Shown piece by piece: positions 1 to 12,984 of a stretch of 64,000 bases of DNA. The stretch comes from Thalia democratica (taxonomy: Eukaryota): contig OZ241827.1 of the NCBI GenBank assembly GCA_965202585.1, positions 22,568,001 through 22,632,000 of the forward strand, given 5' to 3'. The notes under the pieces were generated by a model, which worked only from the letters and a program-made list of their open reading frames with translations, ran no database searches and was not told the DNA's origin. Each line of letters starts with the position of its first letter. The stretch's first letter is position 1. A program made the position numbers and the translations under genes.

Positions 1-960
1 TTCAAAGCACCAACACTTAGATGAACAATAGATAAAACCTTTACTTTAACATAGACCACATTGAGTAATCCACTAAGATTAAAACAAGCATTGCAGGAGG
101 TCATATCTTCTAACTCAAGAATCTACAAAATTGTTTTTTGTTTTATTTTTATTTTATTGAGGGTTTACATCAGAGTTTCCCAAACTCATTTCATAAACGC
201 CCTTTGGCACAAATTAAAATAAAAATTGCCCCCATTTGTTATATATTGTCCCTTTACTAATTGATTATCCATTTAATTTTTGCCCCTTACTATTTAAGAC
301 GCCCTGATATCCAAAATCGACCCTAGAAGTTAAGGTTTAGATGGTGCTTTATGTTGTTAGATTTGAAAGGCTATTCTTTGTAATGTATTCATCTCTATAA
401 AAGATAGGACCACAATAAAATTGATTTAGTGATCCATATAAACTTTATCCCTGTTAAACAAAAACCAGAGGTGACTTTCAAGATAATAAGACTGTAGCAA
501 ACAACATGAGTGAAAAGGCTTCTATTGGTATTAGGCTTATCTACCAGACTTATCAATAAGTGCTTAAAACTTTGTATACACTCTGTTATTCTGATGGTTA
601 AAAATAAGTTCCAATTGTGAAGATTTCCTTGATCAAGTAAAATATATCTTGCTCTGCTTAACCAATCTTAAAATTAATTTATAATAGTTTTGGTTCTATA
701 ATTTTTTTCGACTGGTGAGAGGTATTATTAATTTTTCATCTCTGTTTGAAACAGTTTTCGGTAATTCTTTTAATTGAGGTCACACTCTAAAGTTATCTTT
801 CTAAATCTCTTTTGATTCTTCCTTATTCTTTTCTTAACAGCTTTTACTATCTTGTTTAATTGATAAGTGTGTAGTCTTCCACTCCTAAGACAGTCTAATG
901 AACTTAGGTTCTTAAATTTTTTCATTACATTGTATCCCGTATAACCGCTACCTTAAAGAC
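1..960 (-). mobile_element. Heavily decayed Tc1/mariner (maT/DD37D-like) transposase relic, continues beyond window start
   Basis: Minus-strand translation with stops and frameshifts gives recognisable motifs in the right order: RSGR..KIVKAVKKRIRKN (HTH region), (D)KEIFTI, FNHQNNRVY, KSPLVFV, Q.KAPS (QDSAPAH equivalent) and *PP...VDYSMWSMLK (WPPYSPDLNP.DY.VW equivalent). It is interrupted at ~171-306 by a hAT-MITE-like piece (CAGAGTTTCCCAAAC...CCCTG). A short inverted copy of the ATGTGGTCTATGTTAAA segment lies at ~1185-1230. Confidence 0.65.
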
Positions 961-2867
961 CTTAATAATCTCTAAGCTTATCCTTCATACATTAGGAAGT
1001 TGAACTAAAATAGTAAAGCAATAGGATTAAAATACATTTCAATACTCTATGATCTTGATCTTTCAATAATAAAAAGCACCATCGAAAACCTCAATAAAAA
1101 TTCGTAACTAGTAAAACTTTGACTTTGTATTTTTTAAGTAAAAAGACATTGACTCATTTATATTTTGAACTTGAAGAATTTTTGATGTGGTCTATGTTAA
1201 AAAATAAAGTTTTTTTGATGTTCATCCATTTATTTTAAACTTTTAATTAATTATTAACCTTAGTAAATTATTTCAGAAAAGAAAGCTTACTCTTAACTAT
1301 AAAGGATGGAAACCACATAAAAAAAAACAGTTTAAATTTATTTCCATTTTTTCTTAGTTATTCATTTATTTCTGCTAATAAACTATTTTTAAACTCGCCT
1401 AAGAACCCATGCCCCACCCTGTATTGTCTTTTTTTTTGCATATTTTAAAAGTGCATTAGTTATTAAAACAAATTTATTAAACCACATAAAAATAGTTACA
1501 TTAAATGCTAGAAATAAACTAGTCTTTAAAAATAAATTGTTTCTAATGATTGATTTCATTTAAACTTTAAAGTATGTCTAATAGAAACTTGTTGAAGTTG
1601 GTTATAAATGGTAGCATGCTTATTTATCCTACTTTCAGTAATAATAACTGTTATAGAAATCTTAAAGAAGGTGGAATTTATCAAATACAAAAATAATAAC
1701 TGCAACTTACAGTTCTAGGGTCAATCCATTGAGTTTGCTTGTAATAATTTTTATAAGTATATCAAACAATATTTATTGTACTTTTTCAATAAAAAAACTG
1801 AAGACAAACACTATTTTAAATACTTTAGTTCAACAAACAACATTTCCTGAAAAATGCTTTTAAATTATTAATGTTTGTTAATAATTTTATTATTCCAAAA
1901 ATGTTTATTATGTATATATATATATTCAATATGCTTACACCACAACTAATTATATCTAAAACCTTAATACTATCTACATAAAGTTAAACTTAGATTAAAG
2001 CTATTAACTAGCTTTAGTAAAATTCTGTAATAAAATTTTGTTATTTAAAAATGACAAAAATCAAATTTTATATAATACTAAAAAAGGAAAATGCACTCAG
2101 AAAAAGTAAGTAGAAAAATAGAGAAAGTTTATTAGAAGTTGAAGCTAGGAAGAAAGCATGAATTTGCAAAATAAAATAATATTAAATTTATTTTAACACC
2201 AGTGTTATCAACAATTAAAATACCGAAATAAAATTTGTGTAAGGGCTTAAAAATGAGATGAAACTATACTTATAATACAAAATTACATTTTTGTAACTTA
2301 AAGTTTTTTTACATGTATTATATGTTCAAATCTCAATACAAACTCAGAACTGTTGTACCATTAAATTTAAAAAAGATTGTACAAAAATATACTATTAAAA
2401 AAAACTATAGACCAAAGTTATTAAAACTGTTATAATAGGTAATTCAAATTCCCAATTTGGAAGATCAAAATGACTCAGTTAGTCTTCAAAAAGTTATTAA
2501 AGTCTGCTCACAGAGTATTTTATCTTTAATGAGATACTTTAATAACATATAAATGTTTTACTAATGGGTTAAATTCTGGCATCCATCTTGGAAAAATTAT
2601 TTTTGAGTGACTAAAAAAAATACTAATAAATATCGAACACCTAAAATGTATTCTTTTAAGTGAAAACACTTCCTGTGTTTTTGATAACAAAGTGCAAGTA
2701 AAACAACACAACAACTAAAAATGAAACAAATTTTAGTTTTTGTAATAAAAAAGAGTGTAGTTGATAGTATCTTGTTAGTATTAACATTTTCAATTAAGAA
2801 CAAAACTATAAATTACAATTTACAAATCTCAGTTGGTACTTATTTTAGCAGTATTTTTTTTTAATCA

Positions 2868-3017
<150 letters not shown>

Positions 3018-3184
3018 TCAACTAAATATTTCTGTAAAAATTGTCTAAAGTTGTTCTAGCAACAAACTTACAAAACATAAAAAGAATCCAGTTCAAAAGA
3101 TTTAAAACATAAAGAATAACAATTTTAACTATAATAAGTATAAACTAACAAGATATTTACTAAATTTATATTTGAAAAAAAAAA

Positions 3185-4768
3185 TTACAAAGCTTCTAAA
3201 ATCTTGCGGTAAATTTCTGTCATAATGTAATCTAAAAATATTAGATTACATGAATAAAGTTGTAACAGTTTGTTATGGCCTTGTATAGGTTTAATATTCA
3301 CAAAAACTTTTTCTCCTAAAAAACATATAACAAACTTATTTTTAGTAATTACTTTGTTACTGAACAAAAACATTCTTATATTTTTCACTTTTTCAATAAA
3401 ACTTTTGTGTAACACCAATACTTTTTGCTCAAGCTCAGCAAGTGATTCATTTAAAAACTCTTCACCTTCTGAAATGGTAAAAAAGTTTGAGATTTTGCTG
3501 TCAAAAAATCCTAACGGCAGAGTGTAAGACTGAACTGTGCACACAAGAGTCAGGTTTCTCGGAAAATGTTTGGTAACATATGACAAGTCAACACTATTTG
3601 TTGAAGTTGTTGAGCTGTAGGAAGTGGCAGCAGAAGAAATTGCATGAACGTAGCAATCACTGTTTTGCTTGCCAAAATAACTGTTGTCCATTTCTATTAT
3701 CAATTTGCTCATGTTTGCAAATGTTAAGTTGACTTTAGGAGTTTTAGCTGTTAATATTCTCTGCAGAAAATTAAGTTCTTTTATTTTTTCTTTCAGTGCT
3801 AAATCAACTGCTTTAATCTCATCATGGATAAAGCTTAGATTATTTTCAGCCTCTTCAATAGTGACAGATGCTTCTTCTTTATTTGAAGATTCCATTTTAA
3901 GTAGAAATGTTTCACTGACTTGTAATGAGTTACAACAGTTATTAGTTAAAGACAAGCATTTGTTTATGGGTAAAACTGTGGGTTCTTGAAGCCAAGTTTT
4001 TCTCACTGAAAACAACTGTGCTTTTACTTCACATAAGTAATTTTCAGAAAAGGAATACGAGGCACCATTTTCACAACAAACATTTAAAGATGTAAAGTCA
4101 GCAGTCATACTAACTGATATACATCTAGAATTAATACAGTACAAAAATGAGCTTGAGTTGAGATTGTTTTCATCAAGAGCAATCATACTTCCGAGCTTAT
4201 CAATAACAACAAACTTCCCTATCTTTTTAACAAAACTATCTCTTCCAAAAAAAGAAAGATACAATTTTTCGTTAAATTGATAAGACAAATTAGCAAGCTG
4301 CTTAGTTTCAGATCCTGGTATAATTTTAATTACATAAGTATGACTTGATAATGAAAACTCTATATTTTCACTATAACTTTTATTTACTACTTGGTCAACA
4401 TAATCAAGAACTTTCACATTGTTTTTCTTCAACAGATCATTAAAAAAGTTTGAACATAGCTTTAAAATCTTATTTTCAGTAAAAGCAAGGATAGTTTTAT
4501 TATCAAAACAAACAATATTTAAAAGCTGTGATGGTAGAACTATAGTATTTGCTAAAACTTTAAGTTCTAAGTTATAATCTTTTTGATGCAATAAACATAA
4601 CACGTTGAATAATGCTTTATTTGTTTTAAAACTTTTAAAAAGTAAATTTTCATGATATATGTAAATTCTTCCAAAAATTGAACAAAGCAAAGTTATAATC
4701 TTTCCATCTTTATCATGGTAATGACAAGCTTCTTCGATTTTCTCTGGAAACTCATCAATTATTTCCAT
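3185..4768 (-). CDS. Single-exon 527-aa protein; tentatively FAAP100/FANCB-like (beta-rich N-part, coiled coil, beta-sandwich C-part)
   Basis: The frame is stop-free for 1.7 kb in ~25% GC DNA. The first ATG is at 4768 (MEIIDEFPEK...); the track start at 4897 is a TTG. It has a beta-strand-like N-half, a heptad segment EEAENNLSFIHDEIKAVDLALKEKIKELNFLQRIL, then ..ATSYS..LTLVCTV..LPL... The family assignment is a weak by-eye inference. Confidence 0.75.
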   Translation of the reverse strand: MEIIDEFPEKIEEACHYHDKDGKIITLLCSIFGRIYIYHENLLFKSFKTNKALFNVLCLLHQKDYNLELKVLANTIVLPSQLLNIVCFDNKTILAFTENKILKLCSNFFNDLLKKNNVKVLDYVDQVVNKSYSENIEFSLSSHTYVIKIIPGSETKQLANLSYQFNEKLYLSFFGRDSFVKKIGKFVVIDKLGSMIALDENNLNSSSFLYCINSRCISVSMTADFTSLNVCCENGASYSFSENYLCEVKAQLFSVRKTWLQEPTVLPINKCLSLTNNCCNSLQVSETFLLKMESSNKEEASVTIEEAENNLSFIHDEIKAVDLALKEKIKELNFLQRILTAKTPKVNLTFANMSKLIIEMDNSYFGKQNSDCYVHAISSAATSYSSTTSTNSVDLSYVTKHFPRNLTLVCTVQSYTLPLGFFDSKISNFFTISEGEEFLNESLAELEQKVLVLHKSFIEKVKNIRMFLFSNKVITKNKFVICFLGEKVFVNIKPIQGHNKLLQLYSCNLIFLDYIMTEIYRKILEAL

Positions 4769-6179
4769 ACAATTTATAAAATACTTAGATAAACCTTTAT
4801 AATAGTTTTTTTTTAATACAAATAAGTTGTATATCAAATAAGTTTTGGTTACAATGGTATATAAAACCTTTGCAATATTTATTAAAGTTGAATACAAAAG
4901 ATGTTATTAATAAAAAACAGAAAAAAGTAACTTTATTTTTTTCACAGCAAACTAAAAAAAATCTGATGTAAATAAAGTTTTGATTTCACAAAAACTAATG
5001 TATTATCATATCACACTTTAACAAAAACAATTATACTGTATGAAAAAAAAAGAATGGTTGACAATTTAAAATTATTTAAAGCTTAAAATACTAAATCTAA
5101 ACTTGTGTATCTTTGGACTAAAACTCTATAGGCTAATAAAATTTGATTTTTTTTTAATGCTATACATTTAAAACTAATCATTGCAGGCATGATCTTAAAT
5201 ATTAGTAAAACTATTTCATTTTAGTTTAAACTTCTGTATTTATGAATTTAAGATGATTTGAACTTACCTTATAATTACTTTTGTAATAACTTTTTCAAAA
5301 TATAATATTTTTATGGCTACTATGTTGGAATTTTAAATAAATTACAATTTTTCCTTTGTTTTTAAAAAAATTCTGACATTTTTAGGATATGTTTCTTGCA
5401 TTAATAAAAACATTTTGCAGGAAATTTAATTGTGGTCATAATTTTAACTTAATAAAAAAAATCACTAGAAAAGAAGTTCTTCATTTTCTTTTAGAAGATG
5501 TGTTTTTTTATGAAAACAATAAACTGTTAATTCTTAAAAAAAAAATAGTCTATTAAATACCAAAAGATAAAAAAGTTAAAAATATCAACCCTAGATCATT
5601 TTGGAGCCATAATTTTCAAATGTTTAAATTTGTACTATATTTGTACTTAACCAAATTAATAAAATCCATCTGTTGTTAAACTTAAACATATCAACAAATA
5701 AGTGAAATATGGTAACTTCATGAAACTGTTAATCATAAACCACATTTGATTTCAAATAAATAATAACTTATGTGTAAACAAGTAAACAAGACTTTATTTT
5801 AAACAAGTAATTAAAAAGAATAAAAAAAACAGTAAAAAATAATGGGAAATTGTGAACAGTATTGTTTCCTATAAATCTAGTTGTATAAGTAAAGGTGGTA
5901 AGTGTGGTAAGATGAGTGTGGTAAGCTTGTAGATGATGCAAAAGGTGTGGGCATTCTAATAAAACCAAATTTATAAAAAACGCTGACAAATTGTTAAAAG
6001 AGAGAAAGGATGTTGTTGGTGTATAGAATGTTGTGTATTGTTCTGGATCAGTAAAATATTATTTTGTTTTTAATGAAACTTAAGAGGGCAAGTATCAGAA
6101 GTATATTTTAACTATGAAACCAAACAAAATCTTGTACTCTAATGCCTAATACTAAAAATATTTGTTTAGTAAAGCTTAG

Positions 6180-7560
6180 TGAAAAATAGTTTTCTAATAT
6201 CTTTCTAAATTGTATAACAATTGTGTTTAGTAAAGTTTGTTTCTAAAATCCCTCAAATATGCTGAGGTAATCTCAATTTATAAATCTGGTAAAAAATTGT
6301 ATTAATAGCTATTGACCCATTTATCTTCTACCATCATTTTCAAAAACTTTTGAGTTTTTGGTGAGTGAGAGATAAAAAAAATATCTTTGTTGAATGATGC
6401 ACTACATGAGAAACAGTATGGGTTTAAAGAAAATAGTACAACTGAACTAGTTAATCAGAATGTTGATGACTTCATTGAGGCTAGTGAGAAAACATTGATG
6501 AATTGTTTTGTATTTTTGGATTTGGCGAAAGCATTCAACATGGTTAATCATAAAATTTTAGTATCAAAATCTAAAAGTTAAAATATAAACCGTTTAAAGT
6601 TAAATTTATTAGCAGCTATTTGAAATATAGAAGCTAATCAACAGTTATAAATAATTTGTGTCTGAGTCTTAAGTTCTTAATGTTAGATTACCCCAAGGTT
6701 CTTGCTTGGGTCCTTTGTTATTTCTTATGAATATTAATGATACTTTCTCTTTTACTGAGATTAATATGAAATTGTTTGCTGATGATGCCTGCCTAATCCT
6801 GGTCATTAGAATAAAGTTATTAGTAAGGAATTAGTTAAAGATGATAAATGGTTGAAGGCTAATAAACTTATTATTAATGTTCAAAAACAAAAAAAATTGC
6901 TTTTCAAAAAAACTAATTTAGTGTAAAGATTAATGGTTTTCTTATTGAACAGAGCGATAGTATAAAATACTTAGGAGTGGTTCTTGGTGATAAGCTGAAA
7001 TAAAAGAAACATTTAAGTTCTCTCAAATCAAAATTGTCTTGGAGTTGTTATATTTTGTCAAAATTAATGTGCTATTTGGACATAATTACACTTAAAATGG
7101 TATACTATAGTTTGTTTTATCAGCACATCCAAGATTGAATATCTGCTTGGGTGTCAATATCATCAACTGTTACTTAAACCAATTTTTGTAAGCAAAAAAA
7201 GGAATAATCTGGTATGTTTGTCCTGTGCCTGCCCTGACCACAACAAATCCTCTATTAAAAAAGACAGGTGTGCTGAAGTTAAAAGATATGTGTAAATTGC
7301 AAACTTGTATTGCGTAATACTTTGGCAGGGTTTGATGTAAAGCACAATAGATTTACACTTGCTAGTTCTGTTCGTTCTCACAACACAAGGTTTTCAAAGA
7401 AATTAAATTTCATAACTAATAGACCTCAAAACAAGACTTGGCCTAAACTCTTTTAGATATTTAGGTCCAAAATTTTGGTCTAGTGTCCCAAAAACTTAAA
7501 AAAGATGGTTTTATATATAGTAGTTATAATAACTTTTTATTTAATCAAGGAGTTGATTCT
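6180..7560 (+). mobile_element. Decayed 5'-truncated CR1/L2-clade non-LTR retrotransposon (RT region)
   Basis: RT motifs appear in order despite stops and frameshifts: AEVISIYKSG, KQYGFKENSTT, FVFLDLAKAFNMVNHKIL, LPQGSCLGPLLFL..IND, LFADDA, IKYLGVVL. Confidence 0.9.
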
Positions 7561-8048
7561 AGAGTGCTTCTGAGTGTATTATTTAAATGTATTAAAATTT
7601 TTGGCATATTGTATGTACAGCAGATTGGGATGGGTCTTTTTTTTTATAATTGTCTGGCTATTTGGACATAATTACAATTTTATTATTTAATTTGGACATG
7701 TTAAAGAGTGATTTTTATAAACTATTGAAATAAATTAATCTTATTGTTAAGTTATTCAAAATGTGATGTTTTTGTTACTGTGTTAGATTCAAGACAGTTG
7801 ATTTAATCATTATTATACTTTTTTTTATTACAAATTAGAGGTAAAAGTAAAATTCTAATTAAATTTTATTATTGTATTGATATCATAAATTAGTTTTTTG
7901 AATGTTATGTTAAGCTTATAATTACAAACTTTAATATTACAAGTTATTTTTTTATTCTTTAAATTAAAAAAAAAAACAGTATAAGTTTTTTTTTAACAGT
8001 ATTTTCCAATTTCTATATGTTTTTATAGAACTTAAAATTTTCAGTCAG

Positions 8049-8411
8049 CAGGGTTGCCAAATTTTTTTGAGAAGTTTCTTCCATGTTTTCTAAATTTCTT
8101 CCAGGCTTTTAAAAGTACAAGTTTTTGAGTATATTTTTAGTTTAAAGCTAATTTTAGGTTAAAAACTGTGCTAAGTAGTATAAAAACATTGAAAAGATAC
8201 TGTCAAGCTACTTTAAATATGTTTTTTATAAAAAAAAAAATTTTTGATGATAACAAATTTTTTTTATTTATATGATAGATTTTTTGAGTAAAATCAAAAT
8301 TTTACTACTAAATTGTTAAAATTCCAGGTTTTTCTAGGTTTTTTTACCTAAATTATCAAATTCCATATTTTTCAAGATTTTTCCAGGTTTCCAGGTAAAG
8401 TTGCAACCCTG
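8049..8411 (-). mobile_element. MITE of the CAGGGTTGCCA-terminus family (copy 1)
   Basis: Termini are CAGGGTTGCCAA (8049) and TTGCAACCCTG (8411). The interior with repeated CCTGGAA motifs is homologous, in opposite orientation, to 44623-44950 and 47135-47500. Confidence 0.8.
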
Positions 8412-8689
8412 TTTGTACTTATCCGGTTATCCGGACATGTTTACAGAAAAATCTTGCCCAACGTGTCCGGATAAGTGAATAAGCACTGTATATATATATT
8501 AATAAAACACTAAGTTTTCAAATACAATTGTTTCTAATTTCTGTTAAACAGAACATATCTTCAGTTTGTTTATTGTAATAATATCTTAAAACATAAGTCA
8601 TAGTGTACATGAAATTAAGCAAAAACTATAAGGATTTTTACTCACTAAATAAATCATTAAAAATATAAGACACACTAAGTTTGCATAAA

Positions 8690-9720
8690 TGTTTAAAATC
8701 ATTTAAAATAAAAGCTTGAAAAACGTTTACAACTACTAAAAAGTTTATTTCGTTTTTTAAAGCAAGATTTGATTTTAATTTTGAGATCTTGTGTTTTTCC
8801 ATATTACAGAGAGTGCATAATTGAGCTTGTTTTTTGTTTGTGCTAAAATTTCCCAGTTAATACTAAAATCTTTATTTCTTTCCTTCAATTCCCAGATATA
8901 TTTCGAAAGCATAGTTTAAAGTCTTTATTTACTGTTGTTAAAAGAACATTTATACTGTGTGTATTTACTTTTAAACTATAAACCTGATAAGCCAACATAC
9001 TGTTTACTTTTCTCTGATGTTATTACCGTCGCTCTATAGAAAACATTTGTTAATAAACAATTGGCATCAACCATACATTTATATCTGCAGTTGCATTGCT
9101 TTTGTTCCTCTGCCTTATCTTCTACCTTTTTGCAGTTAGGAGACATTATCTAGATCTTCATGTTTAGTATGCACAAGTACAAAATTTTCAATAGTTTTCT
9201 ATTGAAAATTTTATGGTACAGGTGCTTGGGCCAAAGTTTTGGCTAACAATTTCCAAGAACAGTTTACAACCGAAACAAAATGGTGGCGTGAAATATAAGA
9301 TATTTTTTCTTTTCTTTTTGGTATTTTTCTCATTACCAGTGTTGTATTTCAAATTGTGATTGTGACCTCCTTTAACTAACGCTTCCTGGTAGCACGCTGC
9401 ATTGCTCTGTTACAGGAGCTCTCATTCTTAGATATAGTTGTCAACCTTTTGATGATGGACTTAGGTACTTGGTTGACAACATATCAAGGGGATATTGGTT
9501 GGAAATTTGGTTTTCTGTACGGTACATAAGTATCATTGCAAAGGTCTAGCTCTACATCCAAAAAATCAGTTCTTAACCCTACTAGTTTGCATACTTCTGA
9601 ACCGTGAAAACTTCCCTTCAGTATATCAAAACCATCACACGCTCAATTGTTGTAAATAAGGACTAACTTGCAGCAGTGAACTACTATGTCAATTTCGTCC
9701 TTACTAATTGAGCAATAGTT
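8690..9720 (-). mobile_element. Decayed Penelope-like retroelement (RT 3' part plus GIY-YIG endonuclease)
   Basis: Fragments on the minus strand include DG.DIL, FLDVELDL, YRKPN, YQEAL, FTPPF, YHKIFNRKT, YRATV...QYVG, LSKYIWELK...SINWEILA and LCTLCNMEK. Confidence 0.8.
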
Positions 9721-10048
9721 TTTAATTAATGCAAGTGCTTTAAGCATCGTATTTTAATAAATACTTGAGTAGAAAATTTATTTTAAAATTTCTTAGCCAG
9801 TTGGCCAATATTTGTTTTAGACGGTTTACATTTAGGTTTAATTTGAAACCCAGGTTTATGATCTTTTAAAGTTTTAAATGCATCTTGTTGTTGTAATTTT
9901 ATCAGGAATTTTTAATTTCCTTATAATTTTTTGAGCTTCTTTATTAATTATTTCTACTATATATATATATATATACATATATAGAACTAAGTTATTAAAC
10001 ATGATATATAAAATATTTTACACTGAGCCCACCTTAAGGGCTTTTTTA

Positions 10049-10228
10049 ATAAAAAGGTTTATTTCAATATGTAAATGTAAAGGACTCGAGTTTCGTGCTT
10101 GTGCACTCATTAATTTTCATTTGTGTGTTTTGTTTTGTGCTTTATTTTGAACTTGTTTTGAAGCTGATTAGTGCATAAGCACAAAACTCGAGTCCTTTAT
10201 ATTTACATCTTGAAATAAACCATTTTAT
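10049..10228. mobile_element. Small foldback MITE with ~58-bp terminal inverted repeats
   Basis: ATAAAAAGGTTTATTTCAATATGTAAATGTAAAGGACTCGAGTTTCGTGCTTGTGCACT pairs with AGTGCATAAGCACAAAACTCGAGTCCTTTATATTTACATCTTGAAATAAACCATTTTAT. Confidence 0.85.
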
Positions 10229-10365
10229 ATAGATATATATCTGTATATAGTGGAAATAATTAATTGACCAAAACTTAAAAAAAAAATCTTAATATGAATA
10301 TTTATATATACGTGGTAAATAGACAATCTCAATTGGAGCTAAATATTTATTTGATTATCTAAAAA

Positions 10366-12230
10366 ACCGGAACGGGTCAAAATTGCATGAAGACAAAATT
10401 GCACAAGGTTACTAAATTGCACAAAGATATGTTTGCACAAGGAACAAAGAAAATTTTGCACCAAGGGTCAGTTTTGCACGAGTTAAACTTTTGCACAAGA
10501 GTTTAAAAAAAATAGAAAAAAAATTAAAAAAAAACAGAAAAAAATAACCAAATAATAAATTAATAATAATAAAAAAGCTACCAACCAAGGGTTAGGGGTA
10601 ATAGTGATAGAAAAACAATATAAGGAAAAAATAATAATAACAAGTTACCAACCAAGGGTAAGGGGTAACAGTGATAGTAAAAAAAAAGAACTAAATTAAA
10701 AAGAAATAATAAATTAAAATTGATAAAAAAAACTAATTACAGGGTTGCCACTCTTTGAGCTAAAAAATCTTCCCTGAGTGACCAAAAATTTCCCTGAGTA
10801 ACCTTAAATTTCCCTGAGTTTCCCTGAGTATTTTTCAAATCTTAAAATAAAAATTTTCTCTTCTAACACAAATTATTAATACCTCATTCTCATTTTTCTT
10901 CTTTAATATTAAAAGGAAGGTTGTATGTGTATGCTTATGCATTAAATTTATGAAAAAAACTGTTTTCAAAAACTCAATCTTAAAGGGTTTAAACCAATTA
11001 AAAATTAAAAACTAAATTTTTGCACAACTTTGTGTAAACTTGTTAGTTAACTTTCTACATAAAAGAATAAAGTTTAATTTGTTTGACATTTTAATTGACA
11101 AAATTTAATTATACTATAATAATAATTTCACATGAAGAACTCACTTAAATGCATACATAATAATTTCATTATGACTTGTATGTCTTTCCTAGCAACTGTT
11201 CTGAATGCAGTAAATAAAACTTAAAAGCTTAACATTATTGTAAAAAAACCTGCAAAAAGAAAGTTTAAAGAAATAGCTAAAGAAATATCTCATATCAAAG
11301 TACAACTTAATACCTAACAACTGATACAAAGTAATCTAAAATTAAAAATTTTTTATGTCTTTTAGATGCTCATACACAATCTATTTTAAATAAATGAAAA
11401 CATAATTTTGATTTTAAAACAATTTCACATTACCTAATAAAAAAAAAAATTAACAAAAGTAATACAACAATAATCTGTATTCATTTTAATTTTTTTTACT
11501 GAAAACAAGTAAATGTAAACAAATGACAAATAACTTTATTATTTAAAAAATAAGAACTAATACTACAACATAGTGTTTTTTAAACTACATAAGTAACTAA
11601 AAATAAAAAGTTTATTAGAACTTTTCAATGAATAGTTAACAACAACTTTCATTTCTCTAAACTGTTTGATTTTACTTAAGTAAATATAAATTTAAAACTT
11701 AAAAAAACTACAATGTTAATACTAAGAATATTGAAGAACTAGCCGCAAGGCTAAAAAAAATCTAAATAACCACTTAAATAATAAAAATTACTACTTTTAA
11801 ACAAAATATTGAAACTGGATTAACTAAACCTCATTCAAGATCTAGAAAAAAAATTCCCTGAGATTTTCAAAAACTTCCCTGAAATTTAGAGAAAAAATCA
11901 AAACTTCCCTGAGTTTCCCTGAGTTAAAAGAAAAATGCCAAAATTCCCTGAGTTTCCCTGAGATTTCCTGAGTTTCCCTGAGATTTTCTACAGTTTGAAA
12001 ATTCCCTGAGATTCCCTGAATTCCCTGAGTTCCCTGAGTGTGTGGCAACCCTGTAATTAAAATCAATAAAAAAAATAAAAATAAAAAGAATTCAACCCAT
12101 GCAAGAATATCTCCGTACAAAATTGTCTGCACGTGCAAAAGTATCTTCGTGCAATTGTGCAATTTTATCCCCTTGTGCAAAAGTATTTTTGTGCAATTTT
12201 GTACACTTGTGCAAATTTGACAGCCACCCA
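10366..12230. mobile_element. Non-autonomous DNA element with inverted subterminal arrays of (A/T)TTGCAC repeats, interrupted by a nested element
   Basis: The left end GGGTCAAAATTGCA.. has ~7 TTGCAC repeats and the right end has ~8 GTGCAA repeats ending TGCAAATTTGAC. A related scrap lies at ~12530-12570. Confidence 0.7.
10740..12053. mobile_element. 1.3-kb CAGGGTTGCCAC-terminus non-autonomous element with TTCCCTGAG arrays, nested in the previous element
   Basis: It has a perfect 12-bp TIR, CAGGGTTGCCAC/GTGGCAACCCTG, with TAATTA on both sides, and about 4 + 13 copies of TTCCCTGAG near the ends. The ORF 11842-12303 is a by-product of these repeats. Confidence 0.9.
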
Positions 12231-12984
12231 TAAAAAACAATAGGTTTTTACAACTGTTTTGTATATGAGATATAAAAGTTTTTTTATAGTTAATTTTACT
12301 CATTATTTTTCTTTTTAAGCACTATTTTTTTATTTTCTAGTGTTTTGTGTCTTTATAAAATGTACAAGCTTTACAGCTGTAATATTCAAAATTGTTAGTT
12401 TTTAAATTGTTTACAAACGTTTCCACACCTTGCATTTAGCATAGTAGTAATATTTCATGCTTAATTAGTTATTCAAATTGTTCAACATTTTCATCTATAG
12501 TTATGTGTTTAAGTTGTGTAGGTGTCAAATAGGCACCAAGGGTCACTTATGCACGAAGACACTTTACATTTAAAAAACAACCTTTTAACTTAAAATACGA
12601 AATTAATTTCCATAACTTTTTAATCAAAAAGTTCAGAAAATCCTGCTGTAAGCCACTTGATTTACTTTAAAAAAGTTATTGTTTGTTTAAGCGTCCCAAG
12701 TTTAATGATAAGCGTTAATATAGTGGTCAAGTTCTAAAACTTGAGAATGATAGTGTGTTGTAATAAAATTGTTATAAAATGTAGACCTTACGTGTGTATA
12801 TAAACAAAAAATCATTATTTTTCCAGATTCTAACTAAGATAACAGATACTTCGCCATCCATGCGCACTGTATACTTTTAAGCTGTTGTATAACCCTATAT
12901 CAGGTTTATCAAAATTAACTCAATTGATTACTTTATATTCATTAAACTACAATAATCTTAAAAAATTTCTAAAACATTTTGAAA

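Noticed and set aside
4769-4897. N-terminal 43 aa of the 570-aa track ORF
   Set aside because: It starts at TTG and is low-complexity Y/K/I/N sequence typical of AT-rich non-coding DNA. The first ATG is at 4768.
11842-12303. 153-aa ORF with GTQGTQGIQG / LRE repeats (collagen-like look)
   Set aside because: It is a translation of TTCCCTGAG and GTGCAA transposon repeats and crosses an element boundary.
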